64,000 nt of DNA from Macrostomum lignano. Its lineage: Eukaryota. The stretch is taken from positions 24,453 to 88,452 of the forward strand of contig NIVC01003606.1 in assembly GCA_002269645.1 (NCBI GenBank), given 5' to 3'. A model generated the notes under the pieces. It did no database searches. It saw only the letters and a program-made list of their open reading frames with translations, and was not told where the DNA came from. Position numbers and translations under genes: made by a program. Below, piece after piece: positions 1 through 11,775 of the stretch. Each line of letters opens with the position of its first letter. The stretch's first letter is position 1.

Positions 1-884
1 TGATTCAGGTATTGGTTTAGAATGATTCAGGTATTGGTTCAGAATGGTTCAGGTATTGGTTCAAAATGATTCAGGTATTGGTTCAGAATGATTCAGGTAT
101 TGGTTCAGAATGATTCAGGTATTGACTCAGAATGATTCAGGTATTGACTTAGAATGATTCAGGTATTGGTTCAGAATGATTCAGGTATTGGTTCAGAATG
201 ATTCAGGTATTGACTCAGAATGATTCAGGTATTGACTCAGAATGATTCAGGTATTGGTTCAGAATGATTCAGGTATTGGTTCAGAATGATTCAGGCATTG
301 ACTCAGAATGATTCAGGTATTGGTTCAGAATGATTCAGGTATTGACTCAGAATGATTCAGGTATTGACTCAGAATGATTCAGGTATTGGTTCAGAATGAT
401 TCAGGTATTGGTTCAGAATGATTCAGGTATTGGTTCAGAATGGTTCAGGTATTGGTTCAAAATGATTCAGGTATTGGTTCAGAATGATTCAGGTATTGGT
501 TCAGAATGGTTCAGGTATTGGTTCAGAATGATTCAGGTATTGGTTCAGAATGATTCAGGTATTGGTTCAGAATGATTCAGGTATTGGTTCAGAATGATTC
601 AGGCATTGACTCAGAATGATTCAGGTATTGACTCAGAATGATTCAGGTATTGACTCAGAATGATTCAAATATTGGTTCAGAATGTTTCAAATATTGGTTC
701 AGAATGATTCACATGTTGGTTCAGAATGATTCAGGTATTGGTTCAGAATGATTCAGGTATTGGTTCAGAATGATTCAGGTATTGGTTCAGAATGGTTCAG
801 GTATTGGTTCAGAATGGTTCAGGTATTGACTCAGAATGATTCAGGTATTGGTTCAGAATGGTTCAGGTATTGGTTAAGAATGAT
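1..884. repeat. 22-bp minisatellite (AGAATGATTCAGGTATTGGTTC)n, in a GPCR intron, runs off the window start
   Basis: About 40 tandem units read directly; variants GGTTC/GACTC. Confidence 0.97.
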
Positions 885-922
885 TTATTAACGATTTCAA
901 GGCATGATTCAAGCATGATTAA

Positions 923-3383
923 CAGTAGGAATACCAAGCCATTTTTCCGCCCGTCGAACTACCAAGGGAGGGGGGGAAAATTCCCCCCCCCTGACAAATT
1001 TTTTTGCTGCGCCGGAACGGAGCAACGCAGACACACAAAATTCAAGAACACGGGCTAACTTTTTGTTGCGCACCTTCTCAAACAAGAATCAAGTCGCCAG
1101 CCCTCCGGACCGTCGAGATATTCGACGATTCTGCCAGAAGGTCGGATTTTTCCCATAAGCGCTAGTGTATTCAGTACACCCCTGTGCGCCAATCAGCACT
1201 GCGCCTCAGTGCAGCCTTGCCAAGTCTCCAAATTTCATCAGCACGTCGACCACATGTGTCTGCATCAGCTCTGACTTCGTTGGTCACTAGCCTTCACCCA
1301 GGCGGAGCTTCTGGACCTTCAACAGGTGGCACCAAGTGACTATGGACACTCTGATACGAATTTCTCGAGTTTCGCTGATCAAGCCTCGACAGTGGGCATA
1401 CCTCAACTGCTAGGTATCCTCAGCTAGTCTCTCGAGCCTTCCATCATCACCCCGACGCCGTCGGCACCTTCAACGGATTACACCAGGTGACTATGAACAC
1501 CCTGATGCAAATTTCTCTAGTTTCGCTGATCAAGCCTTGCCAATGGGCAAGCCTCAACCGCGGAACATCTTCAGCTAGTCTCTCAAGCATTCAGTCATCA
1601 CTCGGACGCCGTCGGCACCTTCAACAGATGACACCAGGCGACTATGAACACCCTGATGCAAATTTCTCGAGTTTCACCGATCAAGCCTCGACAGTAGGCA
1701 AGCCTCAACTGCCGGACACCCTCAGCTAGTCTCTCAAGCATTCCGTCATCATCCCGACGTCGTCGGCTCCTTCAACAGATTACACCAGCTGACTATGGAC
1801 AGCCTGATAATAATTTCTCTAATTTCGCTGATCAAGCCTCGATAGTGGGCAAAAATCAACTGCTGGACATCCTCAGCTAGTCTCTCAAGCATTCCGTCAT
1901 CATCCCGACGCCGTCGGCTCCTTCAACAGATTACACCAGCTGACTATGGACAGCCTGATAATAATTTTTCTAATTTCGCTGATCAAGCTTCAATATTGGG
2001 CAAACCTCAACTGCTGGACATCCTCAGCTAGTCAGTCAAGCATTCCGTCATCACCCCGACGCCGTCGGCACCTTCAACAGGTGGCACCAGGGGAGTAATG
2101 ACACCTGAGCGTGATTTTTCATCATGCTCTTAACATTTCTGAAGCTCTCAAAATTTTTCAAGCACGGAAATTGCTATAGTTATGCTTGTTGCTGTATATT
2201 TATATTATTATTACACATACTTTTATGCATACGAGCTACATACATATTTTATTCGAAAAGCTGTTTAGTTTATTCAGCTATAATACTGAACCCAATGCAG
2301 AAAGGGTTATGCTTTAAAAAAGCCAGTAAATTCAGTCGGTTTTTTCATTTTTTAATTATTATGATTCAGAAATGTTAAGAGCATGATGAAAAATCACGCT
2401 CACGTGTCATTACTCCCCTGGTGCCACCTGTTGAAGGTGCCGACGGCGTCGGGGTGATGACGGAATGCTTGACTGACTAGCTGAGGATGTCCAGCAGTTG
2501 ATTTTTGCCCACTATCGAGGCTTGATCAGCGAAATTAGAGAAATTATTATCAGGCTGTCCATAGTCAGCTGGTGTAATCTGTTGAAGGAGCCGACGGCGT
2601 CGGGATGATGACGGAATGCTTGAGAGACTAGCTGAGGGTGTCCGGCAGTTGAGGCTTGCCTACTGTCGAGGCTTGATCGGTGAAACTCGAGAAATTTGCA
2701 TCAGGGTGTTCATAGTCGCCTGGTGTCATCTGTTGAAGGTGCCGACGGCGTCCGAGTGATGACTGAATGCTTGAGAGACTAGCTGAAGATGTTCCGCGGT
2801 TGAAGCTTGCCCATTGGCAAGGCTTGATCAGCGAAACTAGAGAAATTTGCATCAGGGTGTTCATAGTCACCTGGTGTAATCCGTTGAAGGTGCCGACGGC
2901 GTCGGGGTGATGATGGAAGGCTCGAGAGACTAGCTGAGGATACCTAGCAGTTGAGGTATGCCCACTGTCGAGGCTTGATCAGCGAAACTCGAGAAATTCG
3001 TATCAGAGTGTCCATAGTCACTTGGTGCCACCTGTTGAAGGTCCAGAAGCTCCGCCTGGGTGAAGGCTAGTGACCAACGAAGTCAGAGCTGATGCAGACA
3101 CATGTGGTCGACGTGCTGATGAAATTTGGAGACTTGGCAAGGCTGCACTGAGGTGAGTGTACTGAATACACTAGCGCTTATGGGAAAAATCCGACCTTCT
3201 GGCAGAATCGTCGAATATCTCGACGGTCCGGAGGGCTGGCGACTTGATTCTTGTTTGAGAAGGTGCGCAACAAAAAGTTAGCCCGTGTTCTTGAATTTTG
3301 TGTGTCTGCGTTGCTCCGTTCCGGCGCAGCAAAAAAATTTGTCAGGGGGGGGGGAATTTCCCCCCCCCTTGGTAGTTCTACTG
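923..3383. mobile_element. Foldback-type non-autonomous DNA element: about 1.0-1.2-kb inverted arms built from 151-bp tandem units, about 220-bp AT-rich spacer, flanked by TTAA
   Basis: About 956-2143 is the reverse complement of about 2367-3378. TTAA|CAGTAG at 919-928 and CTACTG|TTAA at 3378-3387. No transposase ORF. Confidence 0.85.
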
Positions 3384-3477
3384 TTAAGGTGGGAGTGAGG
3401 TATACTTCAGGTGGGACCCAGCTAACTATGTTTTGGACCCTTGAAAAGATTTTTAAACAGTTCAGAACGGTTCTCAC

Positions 3478-6400
3478 CCGAATATCCTCGGGATTCATGT
3501 CGCTGATGTTGGTTTCCAGAACTTCAACATCCCCGTTAGACGCGATGGCCATTGGGTTCATTGCCTCGCCCAGGTTGGCGTCCACCTGCGAGTACATCAG
3601 GCTGCGACTGTTTACGGTGCTCCTTGGCGGGCTGTGCACGTACCACAGCTGGAACAGTCGAGAGGTGGAAGGTGGAAATTACTGGTCAGGCTTGGATTAA
3701 ATAGGGTCTCCGGTTCCTTGAATTTGTGTTACTGGTTTCTTAGAATAAATTTACCGATTTCTTAGAATCAACGCACCGATTTCTTAGAAACAAAACACGG
3801 ATTTCTTAGAATCAAAACACCGATTTCTTAGAATCAAAACACCGATTTCTTAGAATCAAGTCACCGATTTCTTAGAATCAACTCACTGGTTTCTTTGAAT
3901 CAATTCACTGATTTCTTAGAATTAAGCCACTGATTTCTTATAAAAATTGAATCACTTCGGAGCGTACTCGTATCAATGATATCTCTAGAGTAAATTAACT
4001 GATTCTCCAAGATTGAGCCACTGATTCTCAGACTACTTACTCACCGATTCCCATTAAATTATCAAACATTCCATAACTTTATGAAGAAATTTTTGTCCAC
4101 CAATCCAATCGCACTCACCCGCGGCCCCAGGACCAGAGCAGCCGTGACAGTGACAGTGGCGTGGCAGCGGCCAAAATACATCAGGTAGACGTAGTCAGGG
4201 TGCAGACTGGTCTGTACAAAGTGCCTGTTGCGAAACAGAATCGGGTTTTTGCTCGGATTGCCGCCAGTCACTTTCCTTCACTTTCTAAGTTTCCTAAGAC
4301 ACATTTCGGCGCCATCAAAGACACATTTAACCCCCCCCCCCCCGAGACACATTTCAGCATCATCAAAGACACGATAAAACCTCTCAGAGACACATTTCGG
4401 CGCTATCAAAGACACGATAAAACCTCTCAGAGACACATTTCGGCGCCATCAAAGACACGATAAAATCTCTAAGCGACACATTTCGGCGCCATCAAAGACA
4501 CAATTAAAGCCCGCAAAGACACAATAACACGCAAGCCACATGATCCGTGCAAACAGCGGCAGCCGCCCGGACGCACCTGGCCACATGGTAGGCCAAGGAC
4601 ACGCAGAGCTCCAGCGCCAGGGCGGCGGTGATGCAGCGAACCTCGCCGCAGTCGGACGGCGCCGACCGCACGCAGTAGCAATAAAACAGGCCGAACGCCA
4701 GGAAGACCAACTCGCCTGAGGCCAAAGGAGAGGGCAATCTCGGATATCAAAGTATGAAAATCCATACAGGGAATCCCAATTTTGAAATTCCCAAATTTTA
4801 AATTCCTAAATCGAAATTATGAATCGGCTTCCAGTCCCGAATCACAAGTCATGAATCCCAAGTACCGAATCCCAAGACCCAAATCCCAAGTCCCGAATCC
4901 CAAGTCCCGAATCCCAAGTCCCGAATCCCAAGTCCCGAATCCCAAGTCCCGAATCCCAAGTCCCGAATCCCAAGTCCCGAATCCCAAGTCCCGAATCCCA
5001 AGTCCCGAATCCCAAGTCCCGAATCCGGAGCCCGCACCTACCGGCAGCGCAGACGGCCTCCCAGTAGCCGATGGCGCACACCCGGAAGCTCAAGTCGCTG
5101 TCGCTGTCAATCCGGCTGTCCTCCAGCAGCAGCTGTCCGGTGAGGGCCAACTGTCCGCAGCCGGTCTGTCCGGACAGCCGCCGGCCGTGGTCAAGTGTGG
5201 CCGCAGTCCAGGCCGCCATGAAGCCGGTGGCCACCGTGACGATGCCGCCCAGGTACTTCAACAGGTCGCGATCTCGGACGTGGACTCGGTGGGCCTTGCG
5301 AGACTGAAAGCTGCACAGAATGCTGCAACGGGGGCGCGGGTTGACTGTTGGAAGCAGTGCGGTGAGCGGTAGATGGCCTGTGTCTGCAGCGTGACACGAC
5401 CCGTGTCTATAGAGTGACACGTGAGCTGTGTCTATAGAGTGACATGAGCGGTGTCTATAGAGTGACATGAGCGGTGTCTATAGAGTGACATGAGCGGTGT
5501 CTATAGAGTGACATGAGCGGTGTCTATAGAGTGACATGAGCGGTGTCTATAGAGTGACATGAGCGTTGTCTATAGAGTGACATGAGCGGTGTCTATAGAG
5601 TGACATGAGCGGTGTCTATAGAGTGACATGAGCGGTGTCTATAGAGTGACATGAGCGGTGTCTATAGAGTGACATGAGCGTTGTCTATAGAGTGACATGA
5701 GCGGTGTCTATAGAGTGACATGAGCGGTGTCTATAGAGTGACATGAGCGGTGTCTATAGAGTGACATGAGCGGTGTCTATAGAGTGACATGAGCGTTGTC
5801 TATAGAGTGACATGAGCGGTGTCTATAGAGTGACATGAGCGGTGTCTATAGAGTGACATGAGCGGTGTCTATAGAGTGACATGAGCGGTGTCTATAGAGT
5901 GACATGAGCGGTGTCTATAGAGTGACATGAGCGGTGTCTATAGAGTGACATGAGCGGTGTCTATAGAGTGACATGAGCGGTGTCTATAGAGTGACATGAG
6001 CGGTGTCTATAGAGTGACATGAGCGGTGTCTATAGAGTGACATGAGCGGTGTCTATAGTGACATGATCGGTGTCTATAGACTGACACAACCTGTGTCTAT
6101 AGACTGACACAACCTGTGTCTATAGAGTGACACAACCTGTGTCTATAGACTTACCGATAAATCTTCACAACCAAAGTGCCGTAGGTAACGGCAAAGCCAA
6201 TCTCTCTAAACCACGGTATCATAAAGCAGATTTCGTAGCTGGGCTGCAGGTACATCAGGAACACGGTTGCATACAGCATGGCCACGCCCAGCAAGAACAG
6301 CTCCAGCAGAATCCACACGGCAGCTTTTATCACCTGAAATTTGACAGTTCCAGAACTCAATGAGTGATTGACTTTATAGCATCTATGGCTAAATTCGCTA

Positions 6401-9400
6401 AATTTTACGTCATAGACTAGGGAGGTCACACAAAGACTAGTGATGACTTGGTCATACAGACCAGGCTGTTGGTCACACAGCCTAGTGAGTTGGTCACAAA
6501 AATGAGAGAGCTGGTCACAGATTTTAGACACTGGGTTGATCACAGATGTTAGACGCTGAGTTAGTCACACATGCTAGCGAGTTGGTCACACATGCTAGCG
6601 AGTTGGTCACACAGGCTAGAGATTGAGTTGGTCACACAGGCTAGAGACTGAGTTGGTCACACAGGCTAGAGACTGAGTTGGTCACACAGGCTAGAGACTT
6701 AGTTGGTCACACAGGCTAGAGATTGAGTTGGTCACTCAGGCTAGCGAGTTGGTCACTCAGGCTAGCGAGTTGGTCACTCAGGCTAGCGAGTTGGTCACTC
6801 AGGCTAGCGAGTTGGTCACTCAGGCTAGCGAGTTGGTCACTCAGGCTAGCGAGTTGGTCACTCAGGCTAGCGAGTTGGTCACTCAGGCTAGCGAGTTGGT
6901 CACTCAGGCTAGCGAGTTGGTCACTCAGGCTAGCGAGTTGGTCACTCAGGCTAGCGAGTTGGTCACTCATGCTAGCGAGTTGGTCACTCAGGCTAGCGAG
7001 TTGGTCACTCAGGCTAGCGAGTTGGTCACACAGGCTGGAGATTGCGTACACGCTGTCATCTCTCACCCGGTTCTTCCTGGCCCTGAACACAATCCCCGCG
7101 GTCAGCAGGCAGATGGTCATGAAGAAGGTCTGGACGATCAGCGGCACCGCCCTCAGCTTGTCCAAGTCGTACTTAATGAGACACCGGCCATCTGTGGCGC
7201 AGGAGTCCGGACAGGCGGCCGGGCAGGGGCCACACTCCATCCCCGAATAGTTTGATGGCCGGCCATTCAGGTGCAGCAGGTACTGCTGCCTCACTTGCTC
7301 TCCGTGAAATTGCCATGGTGAAAGTACTTCCTGCACTTGCACATGAAGTTCTGGTCGGTGAAACCCATGCCTGGAATGTGCGAGCACTGGGGGAGGGGTG
7401 GGGGAGGTGAGACTATCTGATGGGGTGAGACTAGACTATCTGAAGGGGTGAGACTAGACTATCTGATGGGGTGAGACTAGACTATCTGATGGGTTGAGAC
7501 TAGACTATCTGATGGGGTGAGACTAGACTATCTGATGGGTTGAGACTAGACTATCTGATGGGGTGAGACTAGACTATCTGATGGGTTGAGACTAGACTAT
7601 CTGATGGGGTGAGACTAGACTATCTGATGGGGTGAGACTTTCTGATGAGGGTGAGACTATCTGATGGGAAGGTGAGACTATCTGATAGGGAGGTGAGACT
7701 ATCTGATGGGAAGGTGAGACTATCTGATAGGGAGGTGAGACTATCCGATGGGGGTGAGACTATCTGATGGGGAGGTGAGACAATCCGATGGGGGTGAGAC
7801 TATCTGATAGGGAGGTGAGACTATCCGATGGGGGTGAGACTATCTGATGGGGAGGTGAGACTATCCGATGGGGTGAGACTATCTGATGGGAGGTGAAACT
7901 ATCTGATGGGAAGGTGAGACTATCTGATGGGAGGTGAAACTATCTGATGGGGGTTGAGACTATCTGATGGGGATAGTATGGGAGTCTTCGGGAATGCAGG
8001 ATGACGGGTTTAGTGTAAAAGTACACCACAGAGAATGAGGTGCGGTCAGGACGCTGAAGCGCGTTAATAATCACAGGGAACTGGATTCTTCGGGAAGCCT
8101 TTTCCTTTGCAGGGGATTATTGTCATGGGATTTGAAATTGCGGCCTGACCAAGCCGCGACAGCAGACAGGATGCCTGTGAGATGATGGCTGGCAAAATTC
8201 CTATAGGGAAACTGAGTCAGCTACTCCCGACCCTGGATACCTCGGTAGTTGCCTGGTTGCACACATCGTTAGCGTAGAATGAGCCGAATGTGCTGTCATT
8301 GAGGCACTGGTTCACCTCGAGCTCGTTGATGTCGAACTCCAGCACTATCCAGCCTCTGCAATGGGCGGTAGTGTTTGAGATCTTACATTTTTTAAATATA
8401 GTGCAAAGCAAACAGAGATATAAACGGTGAGGAGAGAGGGAGAAGAGAGAATCGAAGGAGAGTAGATGAAGAGAGAAGAGAGGGGGAGTAGAGAGGGAGA
8501 GAAGAGAGGGAAAGTAGAGAAGGAGAGTAGATAGGGAGAGTAGATAGGGAGAGAAGAGAGGGAGAGTAGATAGGGAGAGCAGAGAGGGAGAGTAGATAGG
8601 GAGAGTAGATAGGGAGAGTAGATAGGGAGAGAAGAGAGGGAGAGTGGAGAGGGAGAGTAGAGAGGGAGAGTAGAGAGAGAGAGAAGGGGGAGAGTAGAGA
8701 GGGAGAGAAGAGAGGGAGAGTAGATAGGGAGAGTAGAGAGGGAGAGTAGATAGGGAGAGTAGAGAGGGAGAGTAGATAGGGAGAGTAGAGAGGGAGAGTA
8801 GATAGGGAGAGAAGTGGGAGAACGGAGGGAGTAGCGAGGGAGAGTAGAGAGGGAGAGAAGGGGGAGAGTAGAGAGGGAGAGAAGGGAGGAATATTATGGA
8901 GAGTTGCAGGGAGCAGACGCACGGGCATCTCAACACCCTGCCATGAAGCGTGCAGCGGCCGTCACAAGCCATTAGAATCAGGTCGATGCCCATGGTGAGA
9001 ATGATCAGATAAAGAGCGCAGAGAGCAGCCCAGAGAGCAGTGCAAACACAGAAGCGTTCAATCAATGCGCATTGATTTGGCAGCCAGTGGCGGCCAGCCT
9101 GTCTGATTGATAATCAGAGCCGCCCTGTGCCAAATCACGTGCACTGGAAGCCTTCAAAGGGGGGTCCCTGATCGTCTTTGTGTGCGCGCAGGCGTCTTAT
9201 CTCAGCGCCAGCTGGTGGGTGCTGTTGGGAATTTCTGCGGTTTGAAGACTTCTTTTATCTGGGTAAGCACGCTGGGGAGTTCAACCGGGAGAGAGAGAGA
9301 GGGAGAAGAAAACTTTGAGAAGTGGGAGAATTCGACCAGGCGCAGTTATATGATTGGCATTGGATAAAATTTTGCCTTGATCTTTGCCGCTATGTCGCAT

Positions 9401-11775
9401 GCCGACTTGGAGAGGGGCCAAAGTGGCTTTGGAGATTGCAAAGTTTAGGAATCCTGAATTTTGGGGATCGTGAATCTAGAGAATGGTGAATCTCGGGGAA
9501 TCGTAAATCTCGGGGGGTCGTGAATCTCGGGGGATCGTGAATCTCGGGGATCGTAAATCTCGGGTGGGGATCGTGAATCTCGGGTGGGGATCGTGAATCT
9601 CGTGAGATCGTGAATCTAGAGAATAGTGAATCTCGGGGGATCATGAATCTCGGGTGGGGATCGTGAATCTAGGGAATAGTGAATCTCGGGGATCGTGAAT
9701 CTCGGGTGGGGATCGTGAATCTCGGTGGAGATCGTGAATCTAGAGAATAGTGAATCTCGGGGGATCATGAATCTCGGGTGGAGATCGTGAATCTAGAGAA
9801 TAGTGAATCTCGGGGATCGTGAATCTCGGGTGGAGATCGTGAATCTAGAGAATAGTGAATCTCGGGGGATCGTGAATCTCGTGAGATCGTGAATCTAGAG
9901 AATAGTGAATCTCGGGGGATCATGAATCTCGGGTGGGGATCGTGAATCTAGAGAATAGTGAATCTCGGGGATCGTGAATCTCGGGTGGGGATCGTGAATC
10001 TCGAGTGGAGATCGTGAATCTAGAGAATAGTGAATCTCGGGGAATCGTAAATCTCGGGGGGATCGTGAATCTCGGGTGGGGATCGTGAATCTAGAGAATA
10101 GTGAATCTCGGGGATCGTGAATCTCGGGTGGGGATCGTGAATCTCGAGTGGAGATCGTGAATCTCGGGTGGGGATCGTGAATCTCGAGGGATCGTGAATC
10201 CCGGGGGATCGTGAATCCCGGGGGATTGTGAATCTCGGGACATTTAACCATGTGAACGGAAAGTGTACCCGAGGTGACTCACTTCACAGCCAGCGAGCGG
10301 GGCTGGCCGCTGAGGAAGGGCACAGCGTAGGAGAACAGCCAGCGGCCCAGACGGCACACAAACACGGGCGGGTTCCAGAAGCCCTCGGCCTCTGTCACCA
10401 CCTTCACCTGACCGCCCAAGCCGCCGTCCTCGCCGCGGGTGTCCAGCAGCCGCAGCAGGCCGGAAGTAAACGGCTGCAGGTATGTCTGGTCCTTCATCCT
10501 CATCCGCTGGCTCGGACGGCTGGCAACCCGCTGGGCAATTTGATGGCTCTGCTGCCGCCCCAGCCATTCGAACCCGGGCTCCAGCAGGTCGGGGCGCGGC
10601 GGGCCCGCTATGGACACCTGGTGAGAGTCAGGTGGCTCAGGTTACACTGTCGCCTGTATTATTCGTGAATCTAGAGGGCGGGGGTGTGAATCTATGGGGA
10701 TCGTGAATCTAGAGGGGATCGTGAATCTCGGGGATCGTGAATCTCGGGGGATCGTGAATCTCGGGGATCGTGAATCTCGGGGGATCGCGAATCTCGGGGG
10801 ATCGCGAATCTCGGGGGATCGCGAATCTTGGGGTATCGGGAATCTCGAGGATCATGAATCTCGGGGATCGTGAATCTCGGGGGATCGCGAATCTTGGGGG
10901 ATCGTGAATCTCGGGGATCGTGAATCTCGGGGGATCGCGAATCTCTATATTACAATATATCCCTATATTACACTGTGCCTGTATTACACTGTGCTTGTAT
11001 TACACTGCGCTTGTATTACACTGTGCCTGTATTACACTGTGCCTGCATTACACTGTGCCTATATTACACTGTGCCTATATTACACTGTGCCTGTATTACA
11101 CTGTGCTTGTATTACACTGTGCTTGTATTACACTGTGCTTGTATTACACTGTGCTTGTATTACACTGTGCTTGTATTACACTGTGCCTGTATTACACTCC
11201 GCCCACGTCGCCCCTCACCCTTTGAGCATAGTTCTCAATCAGCACACTGCTATTGGCATGCCGGAAGGCGTGCGGTACAGTTTCTAGCACCGAACTGTCA
11301 TTCAGCAGCACCACGTAGCAGCCAAAGACCCTCGAGTCGCTGGCCACAATGGAGCTGGCCACGCTGTACCAGAGCGCGTTGTAGCCATCCGCCTCGTTGA
11401 TCACCCGGAACCAGGCCTCGAACGGCCGGTTGGCCAGCTGGTAGATGTAGTTGAACAGGTTGGCTATGCTCAGAACTGACCGCACCGAGCGGTCAAATCC
11501 GCGGTAGTGCACCGGCCGCTGCCGCTCCGACTCTTCCTTGCTGAAGGCTGTCAGCGGGAACCGGCTGCGGTTCTGCGTGCCCAGACAGCGCCTGGCGCCG
11601 CCGCCGCTGCTGCTGGCGTTGCTGACGGCCTCCCGGACGAATGCCACTACTGTGGAGAACTTGTCCCCGGACTCGAATCGGCGCCTGTAGTGCTCCGGCA
11701 GCTCGGCAAAGTAGGAACTCCCGAAGGAGCCGCCAGGGTGGGCAGCAGCGTCAGACACAGCAACAGCGGCTTCAT
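3478..11775 (-). CDS. GPR158/GPR179-like class C GPCR (signal peptide, extracellular domain, Cys-rich linker, 7TM); 3' end lies beyond position 1; two apparent 1-bp frameshifts
   Basis: Exons (minus): 11775-11219, 10617-10283, 8355-8241, 7386-7067, 6333-6155, 5322-5042, 4715-4577, 4224-4119, 3648-3478, all GT-AG and phase-compatible. Motifs that match recalled GPR158: FWNPPVFVC, FDINELEVNQC, WFREIGFAVTYGTLVVKIYR, SRKAHRV, ELVFLAFGLFYCYCVRSAP, CHATVTVT, DMNPEDIR (GPR158 has SLDPEDIR). Confidence 0.9.
3735..3960. repeat. Degenerate 20-21-bp minisatellite (ACCGATTTCTTAGAATCAA..) in a GPCR intron
   Basis: About 10 units visible. Confidence 0.9.
4290..4505. repeat. About 41-bp degenerate tandem repeat (AGACACATTTCGGCGCCATCAAAGACACGATAAAACCTCTC) in a GPCR intron
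   Basis: 4-5 units visible. Confidence 0.85.
4850..5030. repeat. 14-bp minisatellite (AATCCCAAGTCCCG)n
   Basis: About 11 near-perfect units, starting about 15 nt inside the donor at 5041. Confidence 0.95.
5395..6150. repeat. 22-bp minisatellite (GTGTCTATAGAGTGACATGAGC)n
   Basis: About 33 units filling the intron 5323-6154; each unit contains the palindrome TCTATAGA. Confidence 0.97.
6440..7035. repeat. 21-bp minisatellite (GAGTTGGTCACTCAGGCTAGC)n with a degenerate left edge
   Basis: About 15 near-perfect units at 6722-7030 plus decayed units. Confidence 0.95.
7410..7975. repeat. 21-25-bp minisatellite (GAGACTAGACTATCTGATGGGGT and variants)
   Basis: Tandem units; array ends at the polypyrimidine tract of the acceptor at 7387. 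Confidence 0.93.
8425..8890. repeat. GA-rich low-complexity tandem repeat (GGGAGAGTAGA..)
   Basis: Purine-rich units on the plus strand. Confidence 0.92.
9455..10240. repeat. Composite minisatellite (GATCGTGAATCTCGG.. / GAATCTAGAGAATAGT)
   Basis: Variable 16-21-bp units. Confidence 0.93.
10665..10945. repeat. Same GATCGTGAATCTCGGGG minisatellite in the adjacent intron
   Basis: 16-17-bp units sharing the core of the 9455-10240 array. Confidence 0.92.
10950..11200. repeat. 16-bp minisatellite (TGTATTACACTGTGCT/C)n
   Basis: About 15 units. Confidence 0.95.

Noticed and set aside
1487-2870. Two near-identical 80-aa ORFs on opposite strands
   Set aside because: They are mirror images from the foldback arms within tandem units, with no domain features
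3251-3700. 149-aa plus-strand ORF
   Set aside because: Antisense shadow of a GPCR exon plus the foldback end
8392-9065. Hydrophobic and Leu/Ser/Pro-rich ORFs
   Set aside because: Mostly translation of the GA-rich repeat; only 8355-8241 is a supported exon
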